Source of the DNA: Myxococcota bacterium
Lineage (GTDB): Bacteria; Myxococcota_A; Polyangia; Polyangiales; Sandaracinaceae
Direction: 5' to 3'
Length of the DNA: 31,254 nucleotides
Assembly (NCBI GenBank): GCA_036149055.1
Contig: JAYZQJ010000220.1
Location: 1 to 31,254 of the forward strand
The notes beneath the pieces were generated by a model. It saw nothing but the letters and a program-made list of their open reading frames with translations, was not told the DNA's origin and searched no databases. Positions within the stretch are counted from its first letter, which is position 1. The number at the start of each line of letters is the position of its first letter. The position numbers and the translations under genes are program-made. Positions 10,165 to 19,177 of this stretch are shown here, one piece after another.

Positions 10165-10625
10165 CCCGCTATCCGCTGGAGGCGCTCGGCACCGTCCGCG
10201 AGCAGGCCGAGCGGACGGCGGAGGAGCGGCTGGCGGCGGCGCTCGACGCGCGAGCCCGGGCCGCGGCGGCGGTGGAGGAGGCGCGCGCGACGCTCGAAGC
10301 CCATCGGCGGGCAGAGGCGGCGCGACGGCGCGAGGCGGATCGCCTCACCGGGACCACGACCAGCGCGGCGCTCCTCCGTGAGGAGGCCTTCCGGCGGCGC
10401 CAGGATCGCGAGACCGAGGCGCTGCGCCGGGAGATCGAGCGGGCCCGCGAGAGGGAGCGCGCGGCGGCCCGGGGGGTCGAGGCGGCGCGCGAGGCCCTGA
10501 ACGACGCGGCGGTGGAGAAGGCGGTGGTGGAGCGCCACCGGGCGCGCTGGGAGGCCGAGCGGGCGAAGATTCTGGAGCGGAGATCCGAAGAGGCGCTGGA
10601 GGAGGCGGCCCGTGGGCGGCGTTGA
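10161..10625 (+). CDS. SctO/YscO/FliJ-like coiled-coil protein (154 aa)
   Basis: ATGA overlap with the upstream stop; N-terminal RYPLEAL..VRE..E.A; two long charged helices; C-terminal EKAVVERHRARWEAE..EEALEE. Confidence 0.65.
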   Translation: MTRYPLEALGTVREQAERTAEERLAAALDARARAAAAVEEARATLEAHRRAEAARRREADRLTGTTTSAALLREEAFRRRQDRETEALRREIERARERERAAARGVEAAREALNDAAVEKAVVERHRARWEAERAKILERRSEEALEEAARGRR

Positions 10626-10779
10626 ACCCCTGTGATTTCGAGGGGATGCACGAAAGTCAGAAAAAACTTCGTCGGCTTCAGGAGTCCTTCAGAAGCGATG
10701 CGTCTCTTCCATACGAGGCCGGGACGAAGCAGAGACCGCGAAGAGCCCGGCCCACCGATTCTCGAAAGGACCCACCGCC

Positions 10780-11478
10780 ATGAACAGCATCCTCGACATC
10801 CTCAAGCCCCTGAAGTCCTTCGCCCTCGCCGGTGGCCTCGCCGCCGCCGTCGGGATGGCGGCCCCCATCGCCAGCGCGCAGAGCGCGGACGCCGAGGTCT
10901 CGGAGAGCCGCGGCCACCACCACCGCGGCCGCCGGGCGCGTCACCACCGCGGGCGCCGCATGGCCGCCGAGCTGAACCTGACCGACGCCCAGCGCGCCCA
11001 GCTGCGGGAGTACCGCGAGAGCGCCCGGCCCCGGATGCAGGCGGCGCGAGAGGCCGGCGACCGCGAGGCGATGCGGGCGCTGCACCGCGAGATGCGCGAG
11101 CGCTTCCAGTCCGTGCTGACCCCCGAGCAGCGGGAGCGGGCGCAGGAGCTCCGCCGGGAGCACGCCCAGCGCCGGATCGACCGTCGGGTCGAGCGCATGA
11201 CCGAGCGGCTGGAGCTGAGCGCGACCCAGCAGCAGCAGGTCCGCGGCATCCTCCAGGGCGCGGCCCAGCAGCGCCGGGCGCTCCACGAGCAGGCGCGCCT
11301 GGACGGCGAGGCCCCCCGCGAGGCGATGCAGGCCCTCCGCGAGCGCACCCGGACGCAGGTCCAGAGCGTGCTGACCTCGGAGCAGCAGTCCCGCGCGGCC
11401 GAGCTCCGCGAGCAGCGTCGCGAGCGTCGCGGTGAGCGCGGCGAGCGCCGAGGCCGCCGCGGCCACCGCGCCCGCTGA
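10780..11478 (+). CDS. Spy/CpxP (LTxxQ) family periplasmic chaperone-like protein with duplicated domain
   Basis: Signal peptide (ASA-Q); LNLTDAQ..VLTPEQ and LELSATQ..VLTSEQ; GAAAGGA RBS. Confidence 0.8.
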   Translation: MNSILDILKPLKSFALAGGLAAAVGMAAPIASAQSADAEVSESRGHHHRGRRARHHRGRRMAAELNLTDAQRAQLREYRESARPRMQAAREAGDREAMRALHREMRERFQSVLTPEQRERAQELRREHAQRRIDRRVERMTERLELSATQQQQVRGILQGAAQQRRALHEQARLDGEAPREAMQALRERTRTQVQSVLTSEQQSRAAELREQRRERRGERGERRGRRGHRAR

Positions 11479-11499
11479 ACCCAGTTCCCTCTCCTCCCC

Positions 11500-11532
11500 G
11501 CGCCCGCACCGACTCCTCCCCGGTGCGGGCGC
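11500..11532 (+). terminator. 12-bp GC stem-loop after the Spy-like gene
   Basis: GCGCCCGCACCG-N9-CGGTGCGGGCGC; no U-tract. Confidence 0.5.
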
Positions 11533-11630
11533 ACCTACGTGTGGAACACGGGGCGGGGCTATGTTTGTCGTGTGGACGTGGCTCGACGATTTGTTGGAGG
11601 CGATCGGTGGGGGCCGTAGGGTCGCGGGCG

Positions 11631-13958
11631 ATGCTGACCCCCCTCAGGTTCGCGGTCGGGGCCCTCGCGGCGGCGATGGCGACCTGCAACGCTCCTTCCT
11701 CTCGGGCGCCTTCGCTGGCGTCCACCGCGCCGGCCACGCCCGACGAGCGCAGCGCGCCCCCGGCCGCCGAGCCGGAGCGGCGCTTCGATCCCGACGTCGT
11801 GCGCCCCAACCCGGCCGCGCCCATCGGACAGATCCGCCTCGCCCTCGACAACGGGGAGCCGGATCGCGCGGAGCGCATCGCGAACGCGCAGCTGGTCGAC
11901 GCCCCCGAAGAGCACATGGAGCTGTACTGGCTCGCGGCCCAGGCCGCCCTCGAGGACGGGGCGCCGGCTCGCGCCCACGCCACCCTCGCGAACGTGGCCA
12001 ACGCCGATCACCCGCTGGCGCCCTGGGCCCGGCTGCGGCGCGCTCGCATCATGATGGAGGGCTCGGCCGCGCTCGCCGCCGAGGAGGTCGCGCCGCTGAC
12101 CGAGCTGGACTGGGCGGGGCGCGACGACGCGCGAGATCTCCAGGCCGCGGCGCTGGTCGAGGCCGGCGAGGCGGAGCGGGCCGAGCCCCTGCTGCGGGCC
12201 CTGCTCGAGGAGGCCTCCGAGTCGTCGGCGCGAGCGTCGGTGGCGCTGCCGCTGGCCGCCCTGCTCGCCGCGCGCGACGACGTGGACGCCAAGGTCGAGG
12301 CGATCTCGCTGCTCCGGCGGGTCACCACCCGCGCGCCGCTCTCGTCGGCCGCCCGCGAGGCCGAGAGCCGGCTGACGGAGGTCCTCGCGGCGCTCCCGGC
12401 CGCGCGCCGCCGGGAGCTGCGCGATCCCACCCCCGAGCAGGCCTTCGCGCGGGCCGAGGCGCTCGCCGCCGCGATGCGCTGGGAGGACGCGGAGGACGCG
12501 TTCCGCGACGTCGGCGAGCGCAGCCAGGACGACGGGCTGACCTGCCGGGCGCGCTACGCCGAGGGCCGAGCCATCTACTACCGGCGTCAGCGAGGCCGAG
12601 CCGCGCAGCACCTCGCGGCGGTCGCGCGGGACTGTGCGCAGGAGGAGGTCCGCGCCTGGTCGCGTTACCTCGCCGGGAAGGCCTACGCCGCGTCCGGCGA
12701 TCACGAGCTGGCGCGCCAGCAGTACGGCTTGCTCGAGGAGCAGACCCCCGGGCACAGCCTGGCGGACGACGCGCGCTACCGCGGCGCCCTGCTGCTCGGT
12801 GAGGACGGCGACGAGGACGCGATGGTGGAGCGGCTCCGGACGCTCCCCGAGACCTACCCCGGCGGCGACATGCACGGGCACGCGCGCTTCATGCTGGCCT
12901 GGCGCGCGCGGAGCGCGGGGCAGCGCGCCGACGCGCTCGCGCACCTCGAGGGCGCGCTGCGGGAGGGCACGCAGGAGGACCGCGAGGACCTCCACGGCCG
13001 AGCCGCCTACTGGCGCGCGGTGCTGCTGCTCGAGCTCGAGCGCCGCGACGAGGCCCGCGAGGCGTTCACCGAGCTGGTCGAGACCCACCCGCTCTCCTAC
13101 TACGCGCAGCAAGGCCTCGTGCGGCTCGAGGAGCTGAGCCCGGCGGCGGCGGAGAGCGCCCGCGCGCGCTGGGGAACGCGCGGCGACGACGAGATCACCT
13201 TCGCGTGGCGAGACGCGTTCGACTCCCCGGCCTTCGCGCGCGCGCTCGCGCTGCTGAAGGTCGGCGCGGTGTCGGAGGCCAAGCAGGAGCTCGCCTACGT
13301 GCGCGCCCAGGCCGACGACGACGAGCTGCGCTGGGTCGAGGCGGCGCTCTACGACCGCGCGGGCGCCCACCCGGAGGCGGTCTACCTGACGCGCCGCTTC
13401 CTCGACGAGTTCCTCACCCGGCCGCCCACCGGCGAGCACTTCGCGCGCTGGCGCATCGCCTACCCGCGCGCCTACGCGGACGTGATCGAGCGGGCGACGC
13501 GCGAGCGCCCGGTGCCGGCCGAGCTCGTCTTCGCCATCGCGCGCGAGGAGAGCAGCTTCCGGGCGGACGCGGTCTCGGTGGCTCAGGCCTACGGGCTCAC
13601 GCAGCTGATCGTGCCCACCGCGCGGCGCTTCGGGGCGCGGGTGGATCTGCGCGCCACCCCGGCGACGCTCGTGCAGCCCGCGACCAACGTGACCATCGGG
13701 GCCGAGTTCATGAGCTGGCTCTGGGAGCGCTACGACGACAACCCCGTGGTCCTGCCCGCCGCCTACAACGCCGGCCAGGGCGCGGTGGATCGCTGGCTCG
13801 ACGCGCGCCCCGATCAGCGCCTCGACGCGTGGGTCGAGGAGATCCCGTACGACGAGACCCGCCGCTACACCCGCCGCGTCCTCCAGTCGTGGGGCATCTA
13901 CACCTGGCTGAACACCGGCGAGCTGCCCACGCTGCGCCCCACCCTCCCCCGTCGCTGA
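11631..13958 (+). CDS. slt: Soluble lytic murein transglycosylase (Slt70-like) with TPR/helical repeats, possible lipoprotein
   Basis: AIAREESSF (catalytic Glu), YGLTQL, AAYNAGQG, EIPYDETRRYTRRV; N-terminal hydrophobic stretch followed by Cys. Confidence 0.9.
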   Translation: MLTPLRFAVGALAAAMATCNAPSSRAPSLASTAPATPDERSAPPAAEPERRFDPDVVRPNPAAPIGQIRLALDNGEPDRAERIANAQLVDAPEEHMELYWLAAQAALEDGAPARAHATLANVANADHPLAPWARLRRARIMMEGSAALAAEEVAPLTELDWAGRDDARDLQAAALVEAGEAERAEPLLRALLEEASESSARASVALPLAALLAARDDVDAKVEAISLLRRVTTRAPLSSAAREAESRLTEVLAALPAARRRELRDPTPEQAFARAEALAAAMRWEDAEDAFRDVGERSQDDGLTCRARYAEGRAIYYRRQRGRAAQHLAAVARDCAQEEVRAWSRYLAGKAYAASGDHELARQQYGLLEEQTPGHSLADDARYRGALLLGEDGDEDAMVERLRTLPETYPGGDMHGHARFMLAWRARSAGQRADALAHLEGALREGTQEDREDLHGRAAYWRAVLLLELERRDEAREAFTELVETHPLSYYAQQGLVRLEELSPAAAESARARWGTRGDDEITFAWRDAFDSPAFARALALLKVGAVSEAKQELAYVRAQADDDELRWVEAALYDRAGAHPEAVYLTRRFLDEFLTRPPTGEHFARWRIAYPRAYADVIERATRERPVPAELVFAIAREESSFRADAVSVAQAYGLTQLIVPTARRFGARVDLRATPATLVQPATNVTIGAEFMSWLWERYDDNPVVLPAAYNAGQGAVDRWLDARPDQRLDAWVEEIPYDETRRYTRRVLQSWGIYTWLNTGELPTLRPTLPRR

Positions 13959-14020
13959 ATGCCGCCGACCTCGATCGAGGCTATGAGGACGGAGTTTCCG
14001 TTCGCGGCTATGAGGTTCGG

Positions 14021-14776
14021 ATGACGACGTTGCGGGAGTGGCTCGCGGAGGGGCCGTTCGCGCTCGGCATGTCGAGCGGGTTCTTCGGGTTCTACGCGCA
14101 CTGCGGGGTGCTGAGCGTGCTCGAGGAGGAGGGCCTGCTGCCCGAGCGCGTCGCCGGGTCGAGCGCGGGGGCGCTGGTGACCGGAGCCTGGGCCGCGGGG
14201 ATCGACGCGCGCGATCTGGCCGAGGAGCTGCGCGGGCTGCGGCGGGAGGACTTCTGGGATCCCGCGCCGGGGCCGGGGCTGCTCCGCGGGCGCCTCTTCC
14301 GGAGACGGCTCGAGCGCTTGCTGCCGGTGCACGATCTGGCCGACGGGCGCGTTCCCGCGGCGGTGAGCGTCTACGACGTGCTGCGGCGACGGGTCCGGGT
14401 GCTCTCGGAGGGCCCGGCCGCGCCCGCGCTGCACGCGTCGTGCGCGGTGCCGCTCATGTTCCACCCGGTGCGCCACGCCGGCGGGCTGCTGGTGGACGGA
14501 GGCGTGCGCGACCGGCCGGGGCTCACCGGCCTCGGGGATCATCCGCGGGTGCTCTTCCATCACCTCGCCTCGCGCTCTCCGTGGCGCCGCCGGGACAGCG
14601 AGGCGCTGCGCATCCCGCGCCGGGACGGGCTGGTCACCCTCGTCGTCGACCCGCTCCCGCGCGTGGGGCCGTTCAAGCTCCACCTCGGACCGGTGGCGTT
14701 CGAGACGGCCCGCCGCGCCACCCGCGAGGCCCTGTCCCGCGCGATCGGGTCAGCGGAAGTCCGCGTTCGCGGCTGA
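14021..14776 (+). CDS. Patatin-like phospholipase
   Basis: GSSAG nucleophile elbow, ASCAVP, LVDGG; the oxyanion loop reads SSGFFGFYAH. Confidence 0.88.
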   Translation: MTTLREWLAEGPFALGMSSGFFGFYAHCGVLSVLEEEGLLPERVAGSSAGALVTGAWAAGIDARDLAEELRGLRREDFWDPAPGPGLLRGRLFRRRLERLLPVHDLADGRVPAAVSVYDVLRRRVRVLSEGPAAPALHASCAVPLMFHPVRHAGGLLVDGGVRDRPGLTGLGDHPRVLFHHLASRSPWRRRDSEALRIPRRDGLVTLVVDPLPRVGPFKLHLGPVAFETARRATREALSRAIGSAEVRVRG

Positions 14777-14831
14777 AGATCCGCGCCGCACTGTCGTACG
14801 TCGGTCCATGGCGTTAGCCTGGATCGAGGGG

Positions 14832-15446
14832 ATGGACGAGCTCGTGGTCGACGCCGGGCGCTACCCGCGCCTGGCCGCGTTCCTGGAGTCCGTGCCGGGC
14901 GGGCTCGACGCCTACCCATCCTCGCGGTCGAAAGCCACGCTGCTCCGCTCCGCGCTCGAGGGTCACGAGGACATGACGCTCGACGGGCTGCCCGACCGGA
15001 TCGTCGAGCTGTTCCGCGCCCCGCCGCCGCCCACCGTCTGGGTGCCCGCCGTCGAGGTCAACGCGGTCTTCCACGCGATCTGCGACCGCTACTACCCGAC
15101 CGAGGAGGCGACGATCGAGTGGGCCCGACGGCGCACCGTGAAGATGGGCGCCAACCCGATCTACCGGCAGCTCCTGCGCTTCACCGGGCCGCACGCGCTG
15201 CTGAAGATGGCGACCCGCATCGACCGCATGTTCCAGCGCGGCACCCACATCGACGCGCGCTACGGCCCGGGCTGGGCGGAGAGCCGGCTGACCCACCCGC
15301 CGCACCTCGTCAGCCCGCTGAACCAGGTGGCCAACGTGGGCATGTTCGAGGCGATGGTCGAGCTCACCGGCGCCACCGACGCCCGCTGCGAGATGAGCGA
15401 CGCGTCGCCCGAGGGCGCCACCTTCCGGACCACCTGGAAGGTCTGA
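14832..15446 (+). CDS. Hypothetical protein, possibly related to myxobacterial DUF2378-like proteins
   Basis: Coding-like composition; GAGGGG RBS before ATG 14832 (alternative start 14808). Family call is tentative. Confidence 0.7.
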   Translation: MDELVVDAGRYPRLAAFLESVPGGLDAYPSSRSKATLLRSALEGHEDMTLDGLPDRIVELFRAPPPPTVWVPAVEVNAVFHAICDRYYPTEEATIEWARRRTVKMGANPIYRQLLRFTGPHALLKMATRIDRMFQRGTHIDARYGPGWAESRLTHPPHLVSPLNQVANVGMFEAMVELTGATDARCEMSDASPEGATFRTTWKV

Positions 15447-15449
15447 GCG

Positions 15450-16529
15450 TCAGCTCTCCTGCTCGAAGGTGGTCTGCAGCTCGGCGAGGAGCTGACGCGC
15501 CTTCTGGCTGAGCTTCTGCGGCACGTCGATCTGGACGAGGGTCACGAGGTCGCCGCGCCCGCGGCCGTCGAGCCGAGGCACGCCCTCGCCGCGCACGACG
15601 AGGTGGTCTCCGGGCTGCACGCCGGCGGGCACCTTCACCGACACCGGATCGTCGTCCGGCCCCAGCGTCGGCACCTCGAGCTCGCCGCCGAGCGCGGCCT
15701 GCGGGAAGCTGAGCTTCAGGTCGTAGATCAGGTCGAAGCCCTCGCGCTTGAAGTGCTCGTGGGGCTCGATCTCGATCGCGACGAAGAGGTGGCCGGGCGG
15801 GCCGCCGCGGAGCCCGGGCTGACCCTGGTTGGCGAGCCGCAGGTTCTGCCCCTCGTCGATGCCGGCGGGGATCTGCACCTTCACCGTGCGGTCGACGACC
15901 TCCTCGCCCGAGCCCTCGCACTCGCCGCACACCGACTTCGGCATCTGGCCGCGGCCCCGGCAGGTGGGGCAGGTGCTCGAGAGCATGAAGGCGCCGCGGT
16001 TGATCGCGACCTGGCCCGCGCCCTGACACGCGGTGCAGATGATGAGCTCGCCCTTCTCGGCGCCCGTGCCCTGACACGCGGTGCACGGCGCGGGGTAGGC
16101 GACCTCGACCTCCTTCTGGCAGCCGAAGGCGGCCTCCTCGAGGCTGAGACGAACCGGCACCCGCAGGTCGGAGCCGCGCATCGGGGCGTCGCGCCGCCTC
16201 CGCCCGCCCATGCCGCCGCCGAAGCCCATGCCGAACAGGTCGCCGAAGATGTCCCCGAAGTGGCTGAAGATGTCCTCGACGTTGCCGAAGCCGCCGGCGT
16301 TGCCCTGCAGCCCGGCGTGCCCGTAGCGGTCGTAGATCTGACGCTTCTCGCCGTCGCTCAGGACGGAGTAGGCCTCCGAGACCTCCTTGAAGCGCTCCTC
16401 GGCCGAGGGATCGTCGGGGTTCCGGTCGGGGTGGAACTGCAGAGCGAGCTTGCGGTAGGCCTTCTTCAGCTCCGTCGCGCCCACGGAGCGGTCGACCCCC
16501 AGGACTTCGTAGTAGTCGCGCTTGCTCAT
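15450..16529 (-). CDS. dnaJ: Chaperone DnaJ (class A)
   Basis: [15 protein letters not shown] motif, G/F region, four CxxCxGxG repeats, C-terminal domains. Confidence 0.97.
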   Translation of the reverse strand: MSKRDYYEVLGVDRSVGATELKKAYRKLALQFHPDRNPDDPSAEERFKEVSEAYSVLSDGEKRQIYDRYGHAGLQGNAGGFGNVEDIFSHFGDIFGDLFGMGFGGGMGGRRRRDAPMRGSDLRVPVRLSLEEAAFGCQKEVEVAYPAPCTACQGTGAEKGELIICTACQGAGQVAINRGAFMLSSTCPTCRGRGQMPKSVCGECEGSGEEVVDRTVKVQIPAGIDEGQNLRLANQGQPGLRGGPPGHLFVAIEIEPHEHFKREGFDLIYDLKLSFPQAALGGELEVPTLGPDDDPVSVKVPAGVQPGDHLVVRGEGVPRLDGRGRGDLVTLVQIDVPQKLSQKARQLLAELQTTFEQES

Positions 16530-16566
16530 CCCATCTTTCCTCTGCGCCGGCGCCGGCGCGGTGCGC

Positions 16567-16594
16567 AACTTAGGACGCGAGTCGGGGCGGTCAA
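16567..16594 (-). promoter_or_regulatory. Putative dnaJ promoter
   Basis: TTGACC (16594-16589), 16-nt spacer, TAAGTT (16572-16567); AGAGGAAAG purine tract before the ATG. Confidence 0.45.
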
Positions 16595-16632
16595 GGCTTG
16601 CCGCCGGGGGCCCGCGATGCCACCCCACGGGC

Positions 16633-17760
16633 GTGCGCACCAGCGTCTACGTGCACTTCCCCTGGTGCCTCAAGAAGTGCCCCTACTGCGACTTCGCCTC
16701 TGCGGGCGTCCGCCGCAGCGAGGTCCCTCACGAGGCCTACGCCGACGCCGTCCTGCGCGAGCTCGAGGCCCGCGACCTGTCGGGGCGACGGCTCGAGAGC
16801 GTCTTCTTCGGCGGCGGGACCCCGAGCCTCTGGTCGGCGGAGGCCCTCGGCCGGGTCCTCGCGGGCGTGCTCGCGGCCTTCCCCGAGCGGGCCGACGACC
16901 TGGAGATCACCGTCGAGTGCAACCCCACCTCGCTCGACCGGGCCAAGGCGGCCGCGCTCCGGGAGGTGGGGGTCGGCCGGCTCTCGATCGGCGTGCAGTC
17001 CCTCGACGCCGACCGGCTCCGCTACCTCGGCCGGCTCCACGACCCCGAGGGGGCCCTGCGCGCGGTGCGCGAGGCGGTCTCCGAGATGCCGCGGGTCAGC
17101 GCCGACCTGATGTTCGGCATGCCCGGCCAGAAGCCCGGCGACTTCGCCGGCGAGATCGAGCGCCTGCTCGACACCGGGATCCGGCACGTCAGCGCCTACG
17201 CCCTGACCATCGAGCCCGACACCCAGTTCGGCGCGCTCCACCGCAAGGGCAAGCTGCCGGTCGCGCCCGACGACGACTACGCCGACACCTTCCTGCGCGC
17301 CCGCGAGGTCTTCGCGGCGGCCGGCCTCGGCCACTACGAGGTGAGCAACTACGCGGCGCCCGGTGAGACGTCCCGCCACAACCAGCACTACTGGCGGGGC
17401 GGCGACTACCTGGGCCTGGGCGCGGGCGCGGTCGGGGCGATGAGCGAAGGGCACGCGGCGCGGCGCACCAAGAACGACCCGCGCCCCGAGCGCTACCTCG
17501 CCGGCGGGGGGACGGTGTTCGAGGAGGTGCTCGAGCCGGAGGACCGGGTGCGCGAGGCGCTGATGCTCGGGCTCCGCACCGCCGAGGGCGTGGACCTCTC
17601 CGCGGTCGAGGCGCGCACCGGCGTCGACCCCCGGATCGGGCGCGAGCGGGCGCTGTCCCGGCGCGTCGACCGCGGCGACGTGCTCCTCGACGGGGCGGCG
17701 CTCCGGGTCCCGGCCGAGCGCTGGCTCCACCTCGACGCGATCGTCGCCGATCTCTTCTGA
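16633..17760 (+). CDS. hemW: Radical SAM heme chaperone HemW
   Basis: [16 protein letters not shown] (CxxxCxxC), GGGTPS, YEVSNYA, HNQHYW (HNxxYW signature), [11 protein letters not shown] start at 16633. Confidence 0.92.
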   Translation: MRTSVYVHFPWCLKKCPYCDFASAGVRRSEVPHEAYADAVLRELEARDLSGRRLESVFFGGGTPSLWSAEALGRVLAGVLAAFPERADDLEITVECNPTSLDRAKAAALREVGVGRLSIGVQSLDADRLRYLGRLHDPEGALRAVREAVSEMPRVSADLMFGMPGQKPGDFAGEIERLLDTGIRHVSAYALTIEPDTQFGALHRKGKLPVAPDDDYADTFLRAREVFAAAGLGHYEVSNYAAPGETSRHNQHYWRGGDYLGLGAGAVGAMSEGHAARRTKNDPRPERYLAGGGTVFEEVLEPEDRVREALMLGLRTAEGVDLSAVEARTGVDPRIGRERALSRRVDRGDVLLDGAALRVPAERWLHLDAIVADLF

Positions 17761-17806
17761 CGGAAGTGGCCGGTCGGAGCCGGGGCGGATAGGCTCGCCG
17801 TGCTTC

Positions 17807-18493
17807 GTGCCGTCCGCGACCCCCACCGCTCGATCTCCCGGCGCCGCGGCCTTCGATCGGGTCGAGGTGAAGGGCCTGGTGAAGGTCTACGGCGCCACCC
17901 GCGCCCTCGTGGGCGTGACCGCGCGCTTCGAGGCCGGCGCGGTGACGGTGATCGAGGGGCCCAACGGCTCGGGCAAGAGCACCCTGCTGAACATCCTCGG
18001 GCAGCTCGTGAAGCCGACCCGCGGCGAGGTCCGCTACGGCGATCTCCGGGCCGAGAGCTCGATCGCGCTCCGGGCGGCGATCGGCATCCTCGCGCACGCG
18101 CCGATGATCTACCCGGATCTGTCGTCGCGAGAGAACCTGCGCCTGTTCGGGCGCCTCCACGGGCTGCCGACCGACGCGGCCCACCTCGACGCGCTCTTCG
18201 ACCGCTTCGAGATCGGGCGCTGGGGTGAGCGCCCGGCCCGGACCTACTCGCGCGGCCAGCTCCAGCGCCTCGCGCTCGCCCGCGCCGTGGCCCACGCGCC
18301 GCAGCTCATCCTGCTCGACGAGCCGTCGACCGGCCTCGACGTGAAGGCGGTCTCCCGGCTCGAGCGCACGGTGGACGAGGAGAAGGCGCGCGGCGCGATC
18401 GTCGTGCTCATCACCCACGACGCCGGGCTCGCCGATCGGCTGGCGGAGCGCCGCGTGGTGCTCGAGCGCGGGCGCGTGAAGGAGGCGACGTGA
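17807..18493 (+). CDS. ccmA: Heme exporter ATP-binding protein CcmA
   Basis: Walker A GPNGSGKS, ENL, YSRGQ signature, LLDEP, ITHD; translationally coupled to ccmB. Confidence 0.85.
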   Translation: MPSATPTARSPGAAAFDRVEVKGLVKVYGATRALVGVTARFEAGAVTVIEGPNGSGKSTLLNILGQLVKPTRGEVRYGDLRAESSIALRAAIGILAHAPMIYPDLSSRENLRLFGRLHGLPTDAAHLDALFDRFEIGRWGERPARTYSRGQLQRLALARAVAHAPQLILLDEPSTGLDVKAVSRLERTVDEEKARGAIVVLITHDAGLADRLAERRVVLERGRVKEAT

Positions 18494-19170
18494 GCCTCTT
18501 CCTCCGCAGCACCTGGGCCATCGTGCTCAAGGAGCTCCAGATCGAGCTGCGCACCAAGGAGATCCTGGTCACCGCCGGGCTCTTCGGCCTGCTCGTGACG
18601 GTGCTGACGTCGCTGGCCTTCTTCCTCGACGACGTCACCGCGCGCAAGCTCGCGCCGGGGGTGCTCTGGATCGGCGCCTGCTTCGCCGGGGTGCTCGCGA
18701 TGGGGCGCGCCTGGGCGCGGGAGCGGGAGGCGGACGCGATCCGCGGCCTCATGCTCGCCCCGATCCCGCGCAGCGCGATCTATGCCGGCAAGGCGATCGG
18801 CACCTTCGTCTTCGTGCTCCTGATCGACCTCGTGCTCCTGCCGGTGGTGGGGCTCCTCTTCCGGCTCGAGCTGATGCCCGCGCTGCTCCCGGTGAGCGTC
18901 ATCCTGGTGCTCGGCACGACCGGCTACGTGGCGATGGGCACCCTCTTCGCCGCGATGAGCGTCCGCACCCGGGCCCGCGACCTCATGCTGAGCGTCGTGC
19001 TCTTCCCGCTCGCCTCGCCCGCCCTCGTCGCCGGCGTGGTCGCCACCCGGGACGTGCTCGGGGGCATGCCGCTCGACGAGACGGTCGAGTGGCTGCGCAT
19101 CCTCGGCGCCTTCGACCTCGTCGCCATCGTCTGCGGGCTCGTGCTCTTCGAGCCGCTGATGTCCGACTGA
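18490..19170 (+). CDS. ccmB: Heme exporter permease CcmB
   Basis: KELQIELRTKE, APGVLWI, EREADAIRGLMLAP, YAGKA, LFPLASP; about six TM helices. Confidence 0.9.
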   Translation: MSLFLRSTWAIVLKELQIELRTKEILVTAGLFGLLVTVLTSLAFFLDDVTARKLAPGVLWIGACFAGVLAMGRAWAREREADAIRGLMLAPIPRSAIYAGKAIGTFVFVLLIDLVLLPVVGLLFRLELMPALLPVSVILVLGTTGYVAMGTLFAAMSVRTRARDLMLSVVLFPLASPALVAGVVATRDVLGGMPLDETVEWLRILGAFDLVAIVCGLVLFEPLMSD

Positions 19171-19177
19171 GGAGCAG

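Noticed and set aside
16020..16085. 18-bp exact direct repeat GCCCTGACACGCGGTGCA
   Set aside because: It encodes the first two CTACQG zinc-finger repeats of DnaJ.
16570..16596. Possible CIRCE/HrcA operator upstream of dnaJ (TTAGGACGC)
   Set aside because: There is no matching second half-site at the 9-nt spacing.
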